Source: Lophium mytilinum
Lineage: Eukaryota
Length of the DNA: 64,000 nt
Assembly: GCA_010093605.1 (NCBI GenBank)
Contig: MU004195.1
Coordinates: 1,503,566-1,567,565 of the forward strand
Direction: 5' to 3'
The position numbers and the translations under genes are program-made. Shown one piece after another: positions 46,249-60,226 of this stretch. Numbering within the stretch: position 1 is the first letter of the stretch; every line of letters starts with the position of its first letter. The notes beneath the pieces are model-generated. The model saw only the letters and a program-made list of their open reading frames with translations. It had not been told where the DNA came from and searched no databases.

Positions 46249-47840
46249 ATGGATACGAATCGCGATCTGAATGAAATCGAGCTGGAGAATCCGGCCCAGC
46301 CAACATTCGAGGCCGCAGACCATCACATCGACCATCCGTTCCTTATTTCGCCAATTGCTCCTTCTCGTGAGGCACTCCTCCTCATAACCGTATGCTCGGC
46401 CCAGGCGCTTGTCCAAGCCTGTCTTGCCCAGGCCATTCTCCCTGATAGCATCATTGCACGGAGTTTCTCTGTCAGCGACACAGATGGCACCTGGGGCCCT
46501 GCGGCCTATGGCCTCACATCAGGGACATTCATGCTTCCCGCAGGCCGTGTGGGGGACATGTTTGGACACCGTCGCTGTTTCATTGTCGCTTGGGTCTGGC
46601 TTGCTGTCTCGTCGCTGGTCACGGGTCTAAGCGTGTACTCTCGTTCTTTCGTCTTCTACTCCGTGTGCCGGGGACTCCAGGGCATTGCAGCTGCTCTGCT
46701 CGTTCCCAACGCTCTGGCCATTTTGGGAACGGTATACAAGGAAGGGCCGCGGAAGAATCTCGTCTTCTCGTATGCACTTGCTGAAAACTTCCACCTAACC
46801 TACGAGATTGCTGATGTCGTCTCAGATTATACGCTGCTGGCGCGCCCATCGGTTTTACCATCGGTGCTGTCTTCTCTGGCCTGATCGCACAGCTGTCATG
46901 GTGGCCGTGGATGTTCTACTGTACGGCTATTGCATCGCTTCTCTTCGCTTTGGTATCCGCCATTGCGATCCCCAAGTTACCCGGGGAATTCTACCAAGCT
47001 CAACAACAGGACCCTAGTGCTGGCAAACATTGGCGCAAGGACTTCGACTGGCTTGGATGCTTCACAGGTGTCTCTGGCCTCGTTCTTTTCAACGTCGCCT
47101 GGAACCGAGCTCCTGCTGTTGGCTGGCAAGCCGCAGAGGTGATTGCGCTACTCGTTGTTGGTCTCGCTCTGTTCGTCGCATACCTCTTCGTTGAAGGCAG
47201 AGTGAAACAGCCTCTGGTCCCTATACATCGAATTTCCAAGGACGCAAGCTTCGTGCTTGTTATCATGGCTCTAGGCTGGTCCAGCTTCGGCGTCCTTATC
47301 TACTACGCCCTCAACTTCATCACCCGACTCCGTGAGCAGAGCATCCTAAGCGCAGCCGCCCAGTGCCTTCCGGTCCCTTTCGCAGGCGCCGCCGCTTCAT
47401 ATCTCACCAGCTTGCTCCTCAGCCGAGGGGTTCCGGCAAGTGACGTGCTGGCATTCTCCCTCGTTTGGTTCCTTGTCGGAAATATTATCTTCGCTACGAT
47501 GCCTGTGCACCAACTATATTGGAAGCAGGCGTTCTGGATGTTCGCCGTGGCGCCCTTCGGGATGGATATGAGCTTTCCTTCGGCGACGCTGATCATGAGC
47601 AAGCTCGTGCCACCGGATCAGCAGGGCATTGCTGCTTCTCTGATTGCGACGGTGGTGTACTACTCTCAGTCGATTGGGCTGGGAATTGCTGGAACCGTTG
47701 AGACATCTGTTGCCGGTACTAGCCCTCTGAGAGGGTACAGGGGTGCTTTCTACACTGGCATTGGGCTGAGTGGCATTGGACTGTTAGTAGCACTCTGGCC
47801 AGTTTTTGATTTACGGCATAAGCGACGAAGCTCTCTTTAG
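46249..47840 (+). CDS. MFS drug:H+ antiporter (DHA2/Atr1-like, about 14 TM); intron ~46770-46825
   Basis: AAYGLTSGTFMLPAGRVGDMFGHRR, RGLQGIAAALLVPNALAILG, FGMDMSFPSATLIMS, QQGIAASLIATVVYYSQSIGLGIAGTVE. Confidence 0.92.
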
Positions 47841-48990
47841 CTGTCCTTGATTATGTAAAAACTTTCGAAGCGAGGGTATGCCGATAATTTCAGAGGTAGA
47901 GGCGGCGGTCGCAGTGCTGTACCACAGTAGTATGGAGGGAGATACATTATCGACGCTGCTCTGTCGTCAGAATAGAAATCGCTAGCACCTCCCTTCGGAA
48001 CACCTCCGCGATTGACTAAGCCTAGGCTGACTGCTAGCAAGGGCTATTAATCATTTGCACGTGGCTAGCCGGGGAAGATCGCACGTACAGTATTTTCTAG
48101 GGTATCTCCCCTGCTCGCCTTACGCAAATCCTAACTCCTCTCTTCTCGACCTCGCTTAAATCACTCCGGCGGAACATCTTCACGTCGACTTCCAGATGGG
48201 ATCTACTTTATCAGCTTCGAAACTGACTCGAGACTTCCTTACCACCGTGAGGATATCCAATGAATCTCGCGATTGTCACGCCTTCAACTTTCTCTACATC
48301 CTCAACGCCCTCTGATGTGTCCTCAAGCATACTGATATGACTCGTGACATCGCAGCTCTCTTGGATTCGGAGCATTCACAAGGATCTTAAACCTTAATCC
48401 GCCACTGCATCACGCTTCTTTGGAGAAAATGAGGTCTGAATTCCTCGAGAGTCCACTCGGTCCTTGACTATCGTACCTGGATAGCTGGAGGCGTCGGATT
48501 GAAGGTAGGCTCGTCCGTGGTCATCAACTTTTTTACTCAATGCTTCTCCTTGACTTTGGGTGCCGTGTTGCAGATCTTCTACCCTACAAGGGCTTATTGC
48601 CTACCCTAAGCGGCCACAAAGTTTATTTTCTATGCAAGACACGGCGTCCGAGTGGCAATCGGCTCCTTATCAGGTCCATACCCTGCAAGAAAGTGGTCTG
48701 TGGTACTCTGAAGACATCTTCTCAGACCTTCCCACCCCTGAGATCCCCGCTTACATTCCTCCGACCCCAGGATTTCCTTCAGTGCTAGTGCGCTTTTGTT
48801 GTCACGGTTACAGGGGTACTGCATCTGTTACCGTGATCAGTCGCAAGCAAAGAAGCATATGCCTGATCTTGCGTACTCGCTGCGGTACCCTTTGTATGTA
48901 TGCGCTCTTATACTCCGTGGGAGGCCCTATCGCCCATCTTGGCTTCATCACTGTACCAACTCCCGATGAACTATCCGAGTATCAGGCAGT

Positions 48991-50627
48991 ATGGAGACTC
49001 CTACAGCCGCTTCAAATGATCCTCATACAAAAGTCGCATTCATTCTTGGGTTCTTGATTACGTTGACGACCTTGATGCTGATGTTTTTCGTTTTGCGGAT
49101 CTACGCCAGGCTCTCGATTATTGGGTACTTTGGGATTGAAGACTGGCTTGTAGCTGGTGCCGTGGTAAGTAACTTTACGTTCATCTGGTGGGAGCTGATA
49201 CACTGCCGCACTCATGCTGAATGTTTTAGCTCGGTATCTTGGTTGAGACCATCGATGGATGCGTGTCTACAAAATACGGTGCGGGTTACCATATTCAAGA
49301 TTTCAAGCCAGAATGGACAGTGCCCTACGCAAAAGTAAGTGGCATGTCAAGTTTTCCGAACACTTTCGCCCCTGTTCATCTTAGGCGATGAGAGAATCTG
49401 ACATGCTATAGACAAGTTTTATATCGGGAGCCGTCTTCCCCATTTGCGTCGCCTTCCCCAAACTATCTCTTTGCATAACGTACCTCCGAATCTTCCCTTC
49501 GAAGGGAAACCGGATCTTCTGCTATACTGCAATGATATACCTTGTTTGCTGGCTAATTAGCATTACTCTAGTTACGTTATTTGCTTGCAGGTAAGCACCT
49601 GCTTTCCGGATTAGGCCTCCGCAACACACACAATATCTAACAGACAGGCAACAGCCCAATAGCAGCATCGTGGAATCCCACTACCCCCCACGCCTCCTGC
49701 ATAACCTCCCGCAAATTCTACCTAGCCTCGGGCGCTCTCAACAGCTTAAGTGACTTCCTCGTCTTCCTCTGGCCAGCTCGGGCACTCTGGAAGATCCAAC
49801 TCCCCATAAAGCAGCGACTGGGGCTAATCACTGTGTTCGCGAGCGGATGCATGTGAGTTCCCCCTTAACCCTGAATCTCATTTCATCTTTAGCACTAATT
49901 AAATTCACCAGCGTCTGCGTAACAGCCGTGATCCGCCTCATCTACCTCGAGAAAGTCTTCACAGCGCCCGACTTTGCCTGTCCGTCTCCTTCTCCCTCTC
50001 CTCTTACCTTCCTCTTCCCCTTTCCGTCCCTACCCCCTTCCCCCAAACCCCCTACCCACACCCCTCTTACTCATCCAAACCGCAGACAACGGCGCCATAA
50101 TCTGGGCCACCACCTCCGTCGAACTCAACATCGGCCTCATTTGCAGCTGTCTGCACGCCGTCAAACCGCTGCTCAGCGCCTGGTTCCCGCGCTCCTTCGG
50201 CTCCTCGCGCAATCGCCATAACTCCGACTACCCCAATAACAAGCCGCGGAATTACGGCGTCATTAGTGATCGCTCGATTGCGTTTAAGTCGGTGGGCAGC
50301 GATGCTGCTATGGGGATTGAGCGCCCGAAAGCGACGGCGAAGAATCCTTTTCACAGTCGGACGAGGTCGAGCAGCTCGAGGGTGCCGGCGAAGGAGGAGT
50401 ATGGGGCTTGGGCGGAGGGTGGGGACGGGAGGGGGCTGCGGCCTTTGCATGGGATAACGTATACGCAGAGCGTGACGGTTGATACTCGGTTAGCAACTGC
50501 GACGGACGACATGGATGTTGAAAGGGCAGGGAGGAAAAGCGGCGATGAGGGGATAGGACTGCAGAGGGAAGTGAAGGACACAGATAGCCAGGAATGGATT
50601 ATGACCGATCAGGGGAGGCGAGACTGA
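48991..50627 (+). CDS. PTH11/SAT4-like rhodopsin-domain integral membrane protein without CFEM, multi-exon
   Basis: FFVLRIYARL..FGIEDWL, PKLSLCITYLRIF, LWKIQLPIKQRLGL, AVIRLIYL, VELNIGLICSCLHAVKPL; polar cytoplasmic tail. Confidence 0.85.
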
Positions 50628-50729
50628 AGCCCTAAAGTTTACAACTTATCATGACAATAATACCCACAACAAGGAGAAATCTAAACCTCTGAAAATGCTG
50701 TTCAAAGCGAAGCCTTCCCCTTATACATC

Positions 50730-53700
50730 TTACTCAAGCCCATCCGGAACCAACTTCGACAATCCCGCAATCTTCATCGCCAACGCCGCGATACTCGCAC
50801 CACTAAGCACATCAAACAAACTGACATCCGCCTTTACCTCCCGCATAATCCACGTCCGCGTCTCCACCGCCATCAGCGAATCCACCCCATACGAATGCAG
50901 CGGCTTCTCCACATCGATATTCTCCGCCGCCGTCTGCAGCCCCTTCGCCAGCCGCGCCGCCAGCGCCGCACTGATCGCCCTCCCGGCCTCCTGAACCGAA
51001 GTCGCCTGAGCAAGCACCACCTGCAAAGAATCCCCCTCCGGGCCGGCATCCCCATCTCCCTCTCCGCCCATAACATCTCGCAGCCCCGTCTTCCTCAGCA
51101 GCGCGAACCGCGGATCGTCGTAGTAAAACGGCATCTCCAACCCACCCCGCTTCAGCATCCCACCCGTCGGCAACCCCGTAACCAACTGCGTCGGCATCCC
51201 ACTCCTTCCAAACCCCCCCTTCATCGCCGCCGTGACGATCGCATGGAACTCGCCCTCATCCAGCCCCACCGCCTCCGACCTCCTTAGATTCGTGCCCCCG
51301 CCCCGCTCCGCGATCAGCCCAATCCCCAGCATCAGCCCGAGATCGATACTGACGGCCGCGAGGCCGCGCTGGCGGCGGTAGTGCGCGAGCGCGTCTTGGA
51401 ACGTGTTGCCGGCGGCGTAGTTGGCTTGGCTGCGGTTGCCGACAACGCCCGAGATGGAGGACAGCATGATGAAGAAGTCGAGATCTGGGGGCAGGTGCGT
51501 GTGCAGGTTCCAGGAGCCTTGGATTTTGGGTCCTACGGCGCCGCGCCAGAGGGCGTGCGTCATGTTGTCGTAGATGGAGTCGTTGAGGACGGCGGCGCTT
51601 TGGATGGCGCCGCGGATCGGGGGCATGTGCTGGGAGCATTGGGCGATGGCGGCCTGGACGGCGGCTGAGTCGGAGACGTCGCAGGCGTAGATGCGGGAGG
51701 TGGCGCCGAGGGAGGTGAGTTCGGTCGTCATGGATTGGGCGTTGGGGGAGTTGGGGCCAGAGCGGGAGAGGAAGACGAGGTGGCGGGCGCCGTTGGAGAT
51801 GAGGAGCCTCGCGAGGCTGCGGCCGAGGCCACCGAGACCGCCGGCTAAGATGTAGGTGGCGTTTGGATCCAGAGAGAGTGGATTCAGGGTACCGGGGGAG
51901 ATTGGAATCCGGTCCTGCTGGCTGAAGGAGAGGATTGCGCTGCTTGTGTGTTCCTGGCTAGCTAAAGAGGCGAAGGCATCAACGACTTGATCAGCAGAGA
52001 ACACTGACGGGGGCCTAATCGGCTTAATATCATGTTTAGCCAGGAATGTAGATAGCCCTTGAAGTATGTCGGACATCCGTGACGGGGTTTCTCGGACGAT
52101 GAGATCCATATCGATGGTCGAGAAAGAAGCACCCCCCCGCGAAGGTAGCGCGGTTACAGAAGAGTCAGTCGAAGCGGCTGCGTCTTGAATATTAACGAGA
52201 ATCCCAAATGAGGATATGCTGTCCCAGAAACGTCGCCAAGTCTCTCCAGTTTTCGACGTCGTGTTATTGAGGATCAAATCGCATCCTCGGCCATGGAACA
52301 GTGTGGCGATAGCAGCGGCCAACTCTTGATCCCCGTCATAGAGGATATGGTCTCGTGAGACACCAGATCTCTCTATAACAGAGCTTTGTTCGTCGGTTTC
52401 CACCGTAGCAAATATTATTGCTCCGTATGCCTGTGCCAATTTGACAGCAACCTGGCCGAGCGGACTAGCTGCAGCTCGGATGAGAACGGATTGACCTGGT
52501 TGCAGACGCCCAGTCTGGATGAGACCGAGATAAGCAGCCCCGTATGTAAGCGGCCACGAAGCGGCCTCCTCGAACGTGACTTTTTTAGGAATATGCTGGC
52601 AGAGACACTCGCTGGTTTTGAAGACCGTTCGGTAGGACCCAATGCCTGCGGCACAAACGCGATCGCCCGTTTTGAGGTTCGAGCAGCCTTTTCCTACCGA
52701 TTCCACTATACCGCTAAACTCTTTAACAGACATCGCGTCCTTGTCTCTGTAATATTATGTTAGTTATGTTTGTTCAATAGGAGCGCACCTATCTTACTTT
52801 ATAGCAACGGCTTTAACTTCAACAGCCACTTCGTTAGCAGCAAGCTCAGATGACGCGTTGGTATCAGTGGTAAAGAAGAACGTATCCGGTTGGTCCAGGC
52901 TCCCATGATTGAGCTCCAAGCCAGTTTTAGTTTCTCCCATGGCCATATACTCAGGCGAACCTGCTGTTTGGTCACTCAAGATCATCCGACTCATACCCTC
53001 ATCCGGGACCCATCGATTGATACAGAGGTGGCCATCCATCTCCACGAATTCCCGATCACCATTCGGGACCGTGGCTATTTTAGCGATGGCCTTTGCAAGA
53101 GCATCCGGCGATCGATCGGTCTTGTTCTCGAGGCGCAGGTAGCGAATGTCCAGGTTCAAGTTCTCGTTCTTCAACACCCTCAGGTACCCTAGGGATGCAT
53201 CCATAACAGGATCCTCTCCTATGGATACCCACAGCAGCTGGGGGTTCTGAAGAACAACGCTTTTTAGTATGTCGTAATCTTCCGCAGATATGTCGGCGCG
53301 CAGCGGTTCTTCTAATTGGAGTAAAGATACCAGCCGCTTTCCTTTCATGTCCGCGAGCGATGACGTCCATTCGACAAACTGTGCCTCCAATCCCTTGCTG
53401 GTAAGGCCGTCGACAACCGCATCACAGATTTGAGCTGCTCTTGCGGTTTTACTTTTTGCCTGGAGAACGTAGATAGGGTCACCATCGCGTTGTTCAGTAG
53501 TTGGATTCGTAGCGAGAAATAGAGCATTCTGCGTTGCCTCCTTGGAGGAATCCTCGGTATATAGGCATAAGGGGTGGAGCTTGAGCTTAGTTTCTGTAGC
53601 GTTCCAAGACCTAAATTGTAATCAGTACGAATCTTGCATTCGCCATAAGCGAGGTTCCACTTACGGGAGTACGCCTGCCGACGTTGCGTTCAAAACCAGA

Positions 53701-56700
53701 AGATATCCCGTCTCACTTAGCAGTCCCTGCACATTGCGAAATAGTGCTTCCCTATTTGCATCGTCGAGGGAGACGGCAGACAGGATAATAAAATTAAACG
53801 TGGTTTCTTGAGGCTCAAACCCTTGGAGATCGAAATTAGGACTCAGGGTCTTGAAAGTCATCAGAGGTTTCCAGTCCTGAAGCACTACCTCGGCAGCTTC
53901 CAGCTTCGAATTGTCGGCGTCGGCTAGCGTGTAACTTGAGAAACGCGGTGTGGCAGTGGCTGATTTCTGGAGCATGGACAGGACCGATAGTGGCAAGTCA
54001 GTTTCAGGAGCGCCGATTTGAAGAATTGATAAGTCGGGATTCTTATGTGCTGCAAGATTGATAATCTGTTGTAGTAAGTATAGAGTCATAGTTCCCGCTA
54101 ATACGAGCCAGATCGGATATTTTACCTCGCAAATCTGATTGTGGCGGTCCGGAATCTTCGTTGGATGTGTCCTGTCGGAGAACACCTCCGGAATCCGCGA
54201 CCCTGTCCCTTTCACAGCAGAGTTTGCGGTGCTGCTCGCAGTAATATACTCTTCTAGAGCAGTATGATCTAGAAGCGTTATGTCCGGCTTCCAAAGAAGC
54301 GTGCCGAACGGGGCCTTCGCAGCCCCGTCCGACAAACTCGATAAATTAGTTCTTGGGAGCTCTTTGCATCGTATGCCCTTGATTTGCACTTTTGGCTCAG
54401 CCCAGCTGGCATCCGACATGTACACATCCGCTACCACCTCACGTAGGCCGGCTCGTGTCGTTCGGCAGAACCCATTGAACTGAGCCCCCGCGCCAGAAGG
54501 CAGATCCATAGAAAGTGTAAGGCTGTCGAAAGAGATCGGAACGGCGGCATCTTGGAACTCCAGCTCTTCGGCACCCAGCCCAACAAACAGCGAATGGAAG
54601 ATAATGTCAAGAGTGGTAGGATGAATGAGATGCCCGCTCTCGATGTTTGATGGCATCACACTCTTCGTATCCGGAATGGCAATAGTGCAGCAGGCACGAC
54701 CGTGACCAGAGGAGATGTCCGTCAGGCCTTGGAAACAAGGTCCATACGCCAGGCCTGCCTCTTCAGTTCTCTTGTAGAAATCTTTCGGGTCGATCTTTCG
54801 TGTGCATAGTCGCTTGGAGTCTTCATACTCGCTCTTTATCGCTGCATGAAGCAAACTTTTGCCGGTGGTCCAGGGGCCGCTCTCATCAAATTTGTATTTG
54901 ATCTTGATCGATCCGAACGCATTCTCTTCAACATCTTGATCCTCGTGGCAGCTAGACACAGAGAAATCCCACCAGGCTCCCGAAGGCCCGCTCGATCCGG
55001 TACGTTGGGGCTGCAGCTGTAAGAAGCATTCGACACCCATCTGGTCGTCCGGTACAACCATAGCTTTAGTGATATGAACATCTCTTAGCTGAATGCTTTC
55101 TATCTGCTTCTCTTTGTCGGCAATCTGCTGTATCGCTTCCAGAGGCATCGCAAGAATGCCTGCCGCTGGGTACAATATGCTCGACTGGACAATGTGGTCC
55201 CGAATCCAGGGATTCTCAGTAGATCTGAGAAAATGTCTCCATCTTGGCTCTAGTTTGCTTGATGTAGGAGTCAGTGCGCCCACTAGGTCATGGCGGCCAT
55301 GCTCTCTGAAGCGGTAATTTTTGCTTAACCGGGACTCGGACCAGTATTTCAGAGAGTGATTCCACGGGTAGGATGGCAGGTCGAGGAGTGCTTTAGGTTG
55401 AGTTTGCAAGTCGTTGACATCTGAGATGGATATTGGGACACCGCGGATATACAGTGCTCCTGCCGCCATGATAGCCGCCTTGGTAGCAGCTTCACCTCGC
55501 ATGAGCACGGACTCATATGGGATATTCTTGATCTCTTGATGTTGCATAATCTGCCTTAAAGGACCCTTCAATGCAGCGTGCGGCCCGACCTCGAGCAAAA
55601 TGTCGAACGTCACCTCTGTCGTTCGAGCTGCTCGACGTCTGCGTTGCGTGGTATCTTTAGATAAGGCTTGAACAGCGTCGGAGAAGAGCACTGGAGAAAC
55701 AAGGTTTCGAACCCAGTAGTCAGGCCCGAGATCGGCATAGGTCGCAAGGGTACCGGTGACGCTGGAGGCCATTCTCATGTTCCCTTCCGATGGTAGTGAT
55801 CTGGTGGATATATCCGATATTCGCTCGCGGTATTTGTCTGCAATTGAAAGCATATGGTGGCTATGATATGCGTTCTCGACCTTCAGTTTGCGGCAGAAGA
55901 TGCCATCGAAGTTGAGGTTCTGAAGAAGCTCGTCGATTGCAGCCTCATCTCCAGAGATAGTGACGGAGGTTGGGGAATTGACGCAAGCCACAACAAGCTT
56001 GCCCTTCGTGATTGTTGCGAAATACTTCTCAGCATCGCTGGAAGATAATCCGACGGCCATCATGGCACCTTTTAATTCAGGTGCTTCTGTAGCCAACTCC
56101 GAGCACAGCTTTCCTCGCCAGTACGAGATCTTCCAGGCATCCTCTCGAGATATCGCACCGAAGCTATAAGCAGCTCCGATCTCACCGCTGGAATGTCCAA
56201 CGACTCCCACAGGTTTGATATTCCAGGATGTAAGAAGGTCAACAAGGGCAACCTGAAGAATGGTGCAAACGGGCTGACTGAATCTTGCAAGTTGAATCTT
56301 GGTAGCTCCAGCATCTCGTTCAAGCTCCTCAGTGGCAGACCATTCGCACCCCAATGTGCCCTTCAGATACCGGTCGGCAGCTAGAACACTGGCCCTAAAC
56401 ACTGAGTACTGCAAAAGCTCTACGCCCATCCTAGCCCATTGTGCGCCCTGGCCAGTAAAGACAAAGGCGATGCGAGGCGTAGTAGATGATCGTGTGGACG
56501 CGAATTTCGACACCGAAAGGGATTTCTTTAGGCCCTCGAGAGTTGAAGCAACCACGCATGCTTTCCAATTGAACTGAGAACGTCGTTTGCTCAATGTAAA
56601 CGACAAGCTGTCCATATAAGCAGTTTCTTCGGCTGCTTCCTTTAGTGTGGCCTTGGAATTAACTGATTCTAGATGTTTCAGGTATTGCGTTCTCATCCGG

Positions 56701-58313
56701 TCCAAAGCTGCGTCATCCCGAGCACTAAATATGAAGAGGCGCTGTTTGTGGACCGCTTTCCCATGTGTTTGAATTAATGCGTTGCGAATATGATCAACAC
56801 GCACGCCCAGCTCAGTAAGATAATGGCCGGCATCATCAAGGATCGCGTGCGCATTCGTACCGCCATAGCCAAAGGAGTTTACGCTCACACGTCGAAGGCC
56901 ATTGGAGGGCCATGGAATAGCCGACGTTGGAACGCGGATTTTCCAGTTGTCGAACGGTATTCGTCGGTTCGGTTTGTCGAAGTGGATATTGGGTAAGATG
57001 ATGCCAGTTTCCAACATCAAGACACACTTGATGAAACCAGCCAGCCCTGCTGCACCTTCTAGGTGACCGATCTAGCGAGAGGACATATTTAGCTTCAGCA
57101 CTTGTGTTTTACGCACAATATTGGATACTCACGTTCGATTTCACTGAGCCAACCAGAAGTTCACTACCAGGAGGGCGCCCTTTGGCGAGAGTTTTGGCAA
57201 CGGCGGAGAGTTCCAACGGATCTCCCACTGCAGTTCCTGTGCCATGGGCCTCAAAATAACTCGTTTGTGAAAAGTCGAGGCCCGCAGAACGATAGGTCGA
57301 TTGAATCAAACTAGCCTGCGCATCGCTATTCGGCAGCGTGATACCTGTTGTGTGACCATCCTGATTTATTCCTTTCAGGCTTGTCAGCTCACCCTGTGCA
57401 GCAAAACAGTTGCGATACATACCTGTCCCACGGATAACGGCGCGTATAGAATCACCGTCGCGCAGAGCATCAGCTAGAGGCTTCAATATGACGGTTGCGA
57501 TTCCTTCACCTCGACCATAGCCGCTGACCCCTTCCGCAAAAGATCTGGATAGCCCTTCCTTTGAAAGCATATGAAGATTGGACAGAAACATGGCTAACTC
57601 TGGACTGAGGATTAAATTCGCACCGCTCACCACGGCCACCTTGGACTCTCCTGCACGAAGTCCTTGGCAGGCTAGATGCAGACCGACGAGACTGGAAGAA
57701 CAAGCTGTGTCTAATGTCATGCTCGGGCCTCGAAAGTCGTAAAACCACGATACTCGATTTGACAGGAGTGAGAAACCAGTGCCGGTGCCCGCATACATGG
57801 GCGAGGTCTCAGCATCTCGCATGAGCATTTCATGATAATCCCGAGTAAAGCAGCCAACGTAGCAGCTGGTGTCGCTTCCTGTGAGGTTCTCAATGGGCAA
57901 GCCGGCGTTTTCGAGTGCCTCGTAAGTGACTTCAAGTAGCATCCTTGCCGTCGGGTCCATGGCCTTTGCCTCATGGGCTGTGACGTTGAAGAAAGGGGCA
58001 TCGAAGGAGGAGACATCTTGGTCTAGAAAGTGGCCGCCTGTGCAACTCAGAGTGTTGAGTTTATCGCCGCCTCGGTGGTGGAAAGCTTTGGCATTGTAGC
58101 GGCTTTGAGGCACTTCAGAGTATGCAGCTAACGAAGGGACGCGTTAATTCCTAGCATTGACAGGAGTCTGTTAGAGGTAGAAGGCGTACATTTCCGCTCA
58201 TATAACAAGTCCCAGAACTTGGTGGAATTTGAAGCACCGCCGGGGAAGCGGCAAGCGAGGCCCACGACGGCGATATCAGCTACCTCAACGTCGCCTTTCG
58301 AGGATGACGCCAT
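50730..58313 (-). CDS. Highly reducing iterative type I polyketide synthase, KS-AT-DH-(psiMT)-(ER degenerate)-KR-ACP
   Basis: KS DTACSSS, HGTGT, GHLEGAAG; AT GHSSG, AYHSH; DH WIRDHIVQSSILYP and HPTTLD; KR GGLGGLG, LND, YAAGN; ACP YGVDSL; exons join in phase across short introns near 58128, 57374, 57071, 54066, 53611 and 52748. Confidence 0.95.
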
Positions 58314-58371
58314 GGCAGTTTAGATTATGAATGGGCTAAAAACTTGAACGGAGGATACGGAAACAATCATG

Positions 58372-58388
58372 GAGAGAGAGAGAGAGAG
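58372..58388. repeat. (GA)n tract, reading (CT)n on the PKS strand, in the PKS 5' region
   Basis: Read directly; CT-rich boxes are common near fungal transcription starts. Confidence 0.7.
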
Positions 58389-59348
58389 GAAATACGACGT
58401 GTTACTGCCGATCTAAACTAAAGGGTATCTTTGAAACAATTGGGAGATGGCCGCGCTGTCGGTGGCCTTTTACTCTTCTAGACATCCTCCACTACCACCG
58501 AAAACGACAAAAGACCTATCTGATGCTGAACGGATAGTTGTATGCCCTAAGAGATTTTGGTCCCGCAGCCGCAGAGCCAGAGCTGAGAAACGCAGCCATG
58601 CCGAAAAGCACTGGGCGAAATACGCCTAGGCCGACCTATAAAATAGCCATAGCCTCGTCGTATGCAGATAGCAGTGCTGAGGCCGTTGATCTTTTGCAGG
58701 GCTGAAATTCGGAACACACAGGGGAGTCGTGAGAAAAGACGAATGGTAGAGGGCTCGGGTTGTTTATCAGCACAGGGTCTAGCGATCAGCCAGCCACGAA
58801 AACCCTCGGACGGGGTACCCGCAGGCGGTGAGAGAGAGGGCGTCCTGATGCGGGTTGGGTGCGCTGGAGTTGATCCCTAGACGCCTAAGCTGCTGTCAAA
58901 AACGGTCTTACAGCCAGCCACAAGCCCAGAGCTGCACAGTGCGACGCCGTCTTTTTCGGAAGAGCCGGCTAGTTCTACCCACGCACCCACGCAAGCCACC
59001 AGAAAGCGGGGGTTTGACGACGACGTCCCTCCCCACCACTCCCATCCACTCCCTCACCACGACTCAATCGTCCAGAAACGATGCAGCAACAGACGGCTAT
59101 CCCGAGCCTCCAAGCCTCGCCCACGACGTGGCCCTACGTCCGGTCCATGCACAAGGCGCCACGCAGACCCAACAACCCGTCCCCAGGATGAGTCGACCCG
59201 AGATAAGAAAGACAGACCGACTGGCTTCAAAGCCGACTGAAGATCATAGCCACACCCTTCCTCAATCATCGCCTGTCTGGGACCTCGTTGATACTTCTTC
59301 CCCGCCATCACGTGTCGGCACGTGACCCAACAGAAGCACATTTCCACC

Positions 59349-60226
59349 ATGCGTTTCCTCTGCTTGCATGGCCGGGGAACTAACTCTGATATCTTCGAAA
59401 GCCAGCTAGGTAAGAGCGTGAAGCTATTAGGATAGATGGACCAGATGCTAATTTCCTCATCCCAGCACCACTATTCTCACGCGTCTCCCCTCACCATACT
59501 TTTGATTTCGTAGATGCTCCCTTCGACTGCGTGGCCGCTCACGGAATATCCCAACTCTACCAGCCGCCCTATCTGACCTGGCATACTCAGTATGAGCCTC
59601 AGCACGTCGAGCCAGTGCATGACTTCCTTCGCACCGTAATCGAAGAAGACGGTCCCTACGATGGTGTAATTGGCTTCTCGCAAGGAGCAGCACTAGCTGC
59701 AAGTTTCTTGCTTTGCCATGAACACTACGCACAGATTCGCGATCCAGGCCGTCGTCACAAGCCTCCGTTCAAGGTAGCCATATTCATCAACAGCGTCATG
59801 ACGTTCTCGCCGTCCGAGCACATTGGCAGCAACATCAGCCAGCATATAAAGAGCCAAGAAGAGAAGCACATGGCATTCATTGAGGGCGTAGATTCCTTGG
59901 GAGCGGAAGACTTTACACCTACGGAGACATATACGACAATAGATGGCGACTCGATTTACGGTTTTCCCAAGGACACTTTTGCGCCGCGCATTTCAATCCC
60001 GACGCTGCATCTTTATGGGACAGAGGATCAGTTCTTGGAACATTCGGAGGAACTAGTCGGCTTGTGTCGAGGAGACAGAACAGAAGTGCTGCCTGTTAGG
60101 GGTGGGCACGAGCTGCCTCGCACCAACCCAGCTTGGGACAAATTCGCCGCACTTTTCGAAATGGTGGCCATGACAGCTGCCCTCATGGATCCAAGTAGCA
60201 GAAGGGGGTCTGCCACGACATCATAA
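59349..60226 (+). CDS. FSH1/LovG-type serine hydrolase (candidate trans-acting polyketide thioesterase); intron 59410-59465
   Basis: MRFLCLHGRGTNSDIFESQL, GPYDGVIGFSQGAALA (GxSxG), IPTLHLYGTEDQF, GGHELP; transcribed divergently from the PKS. Confidence 0.92.
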
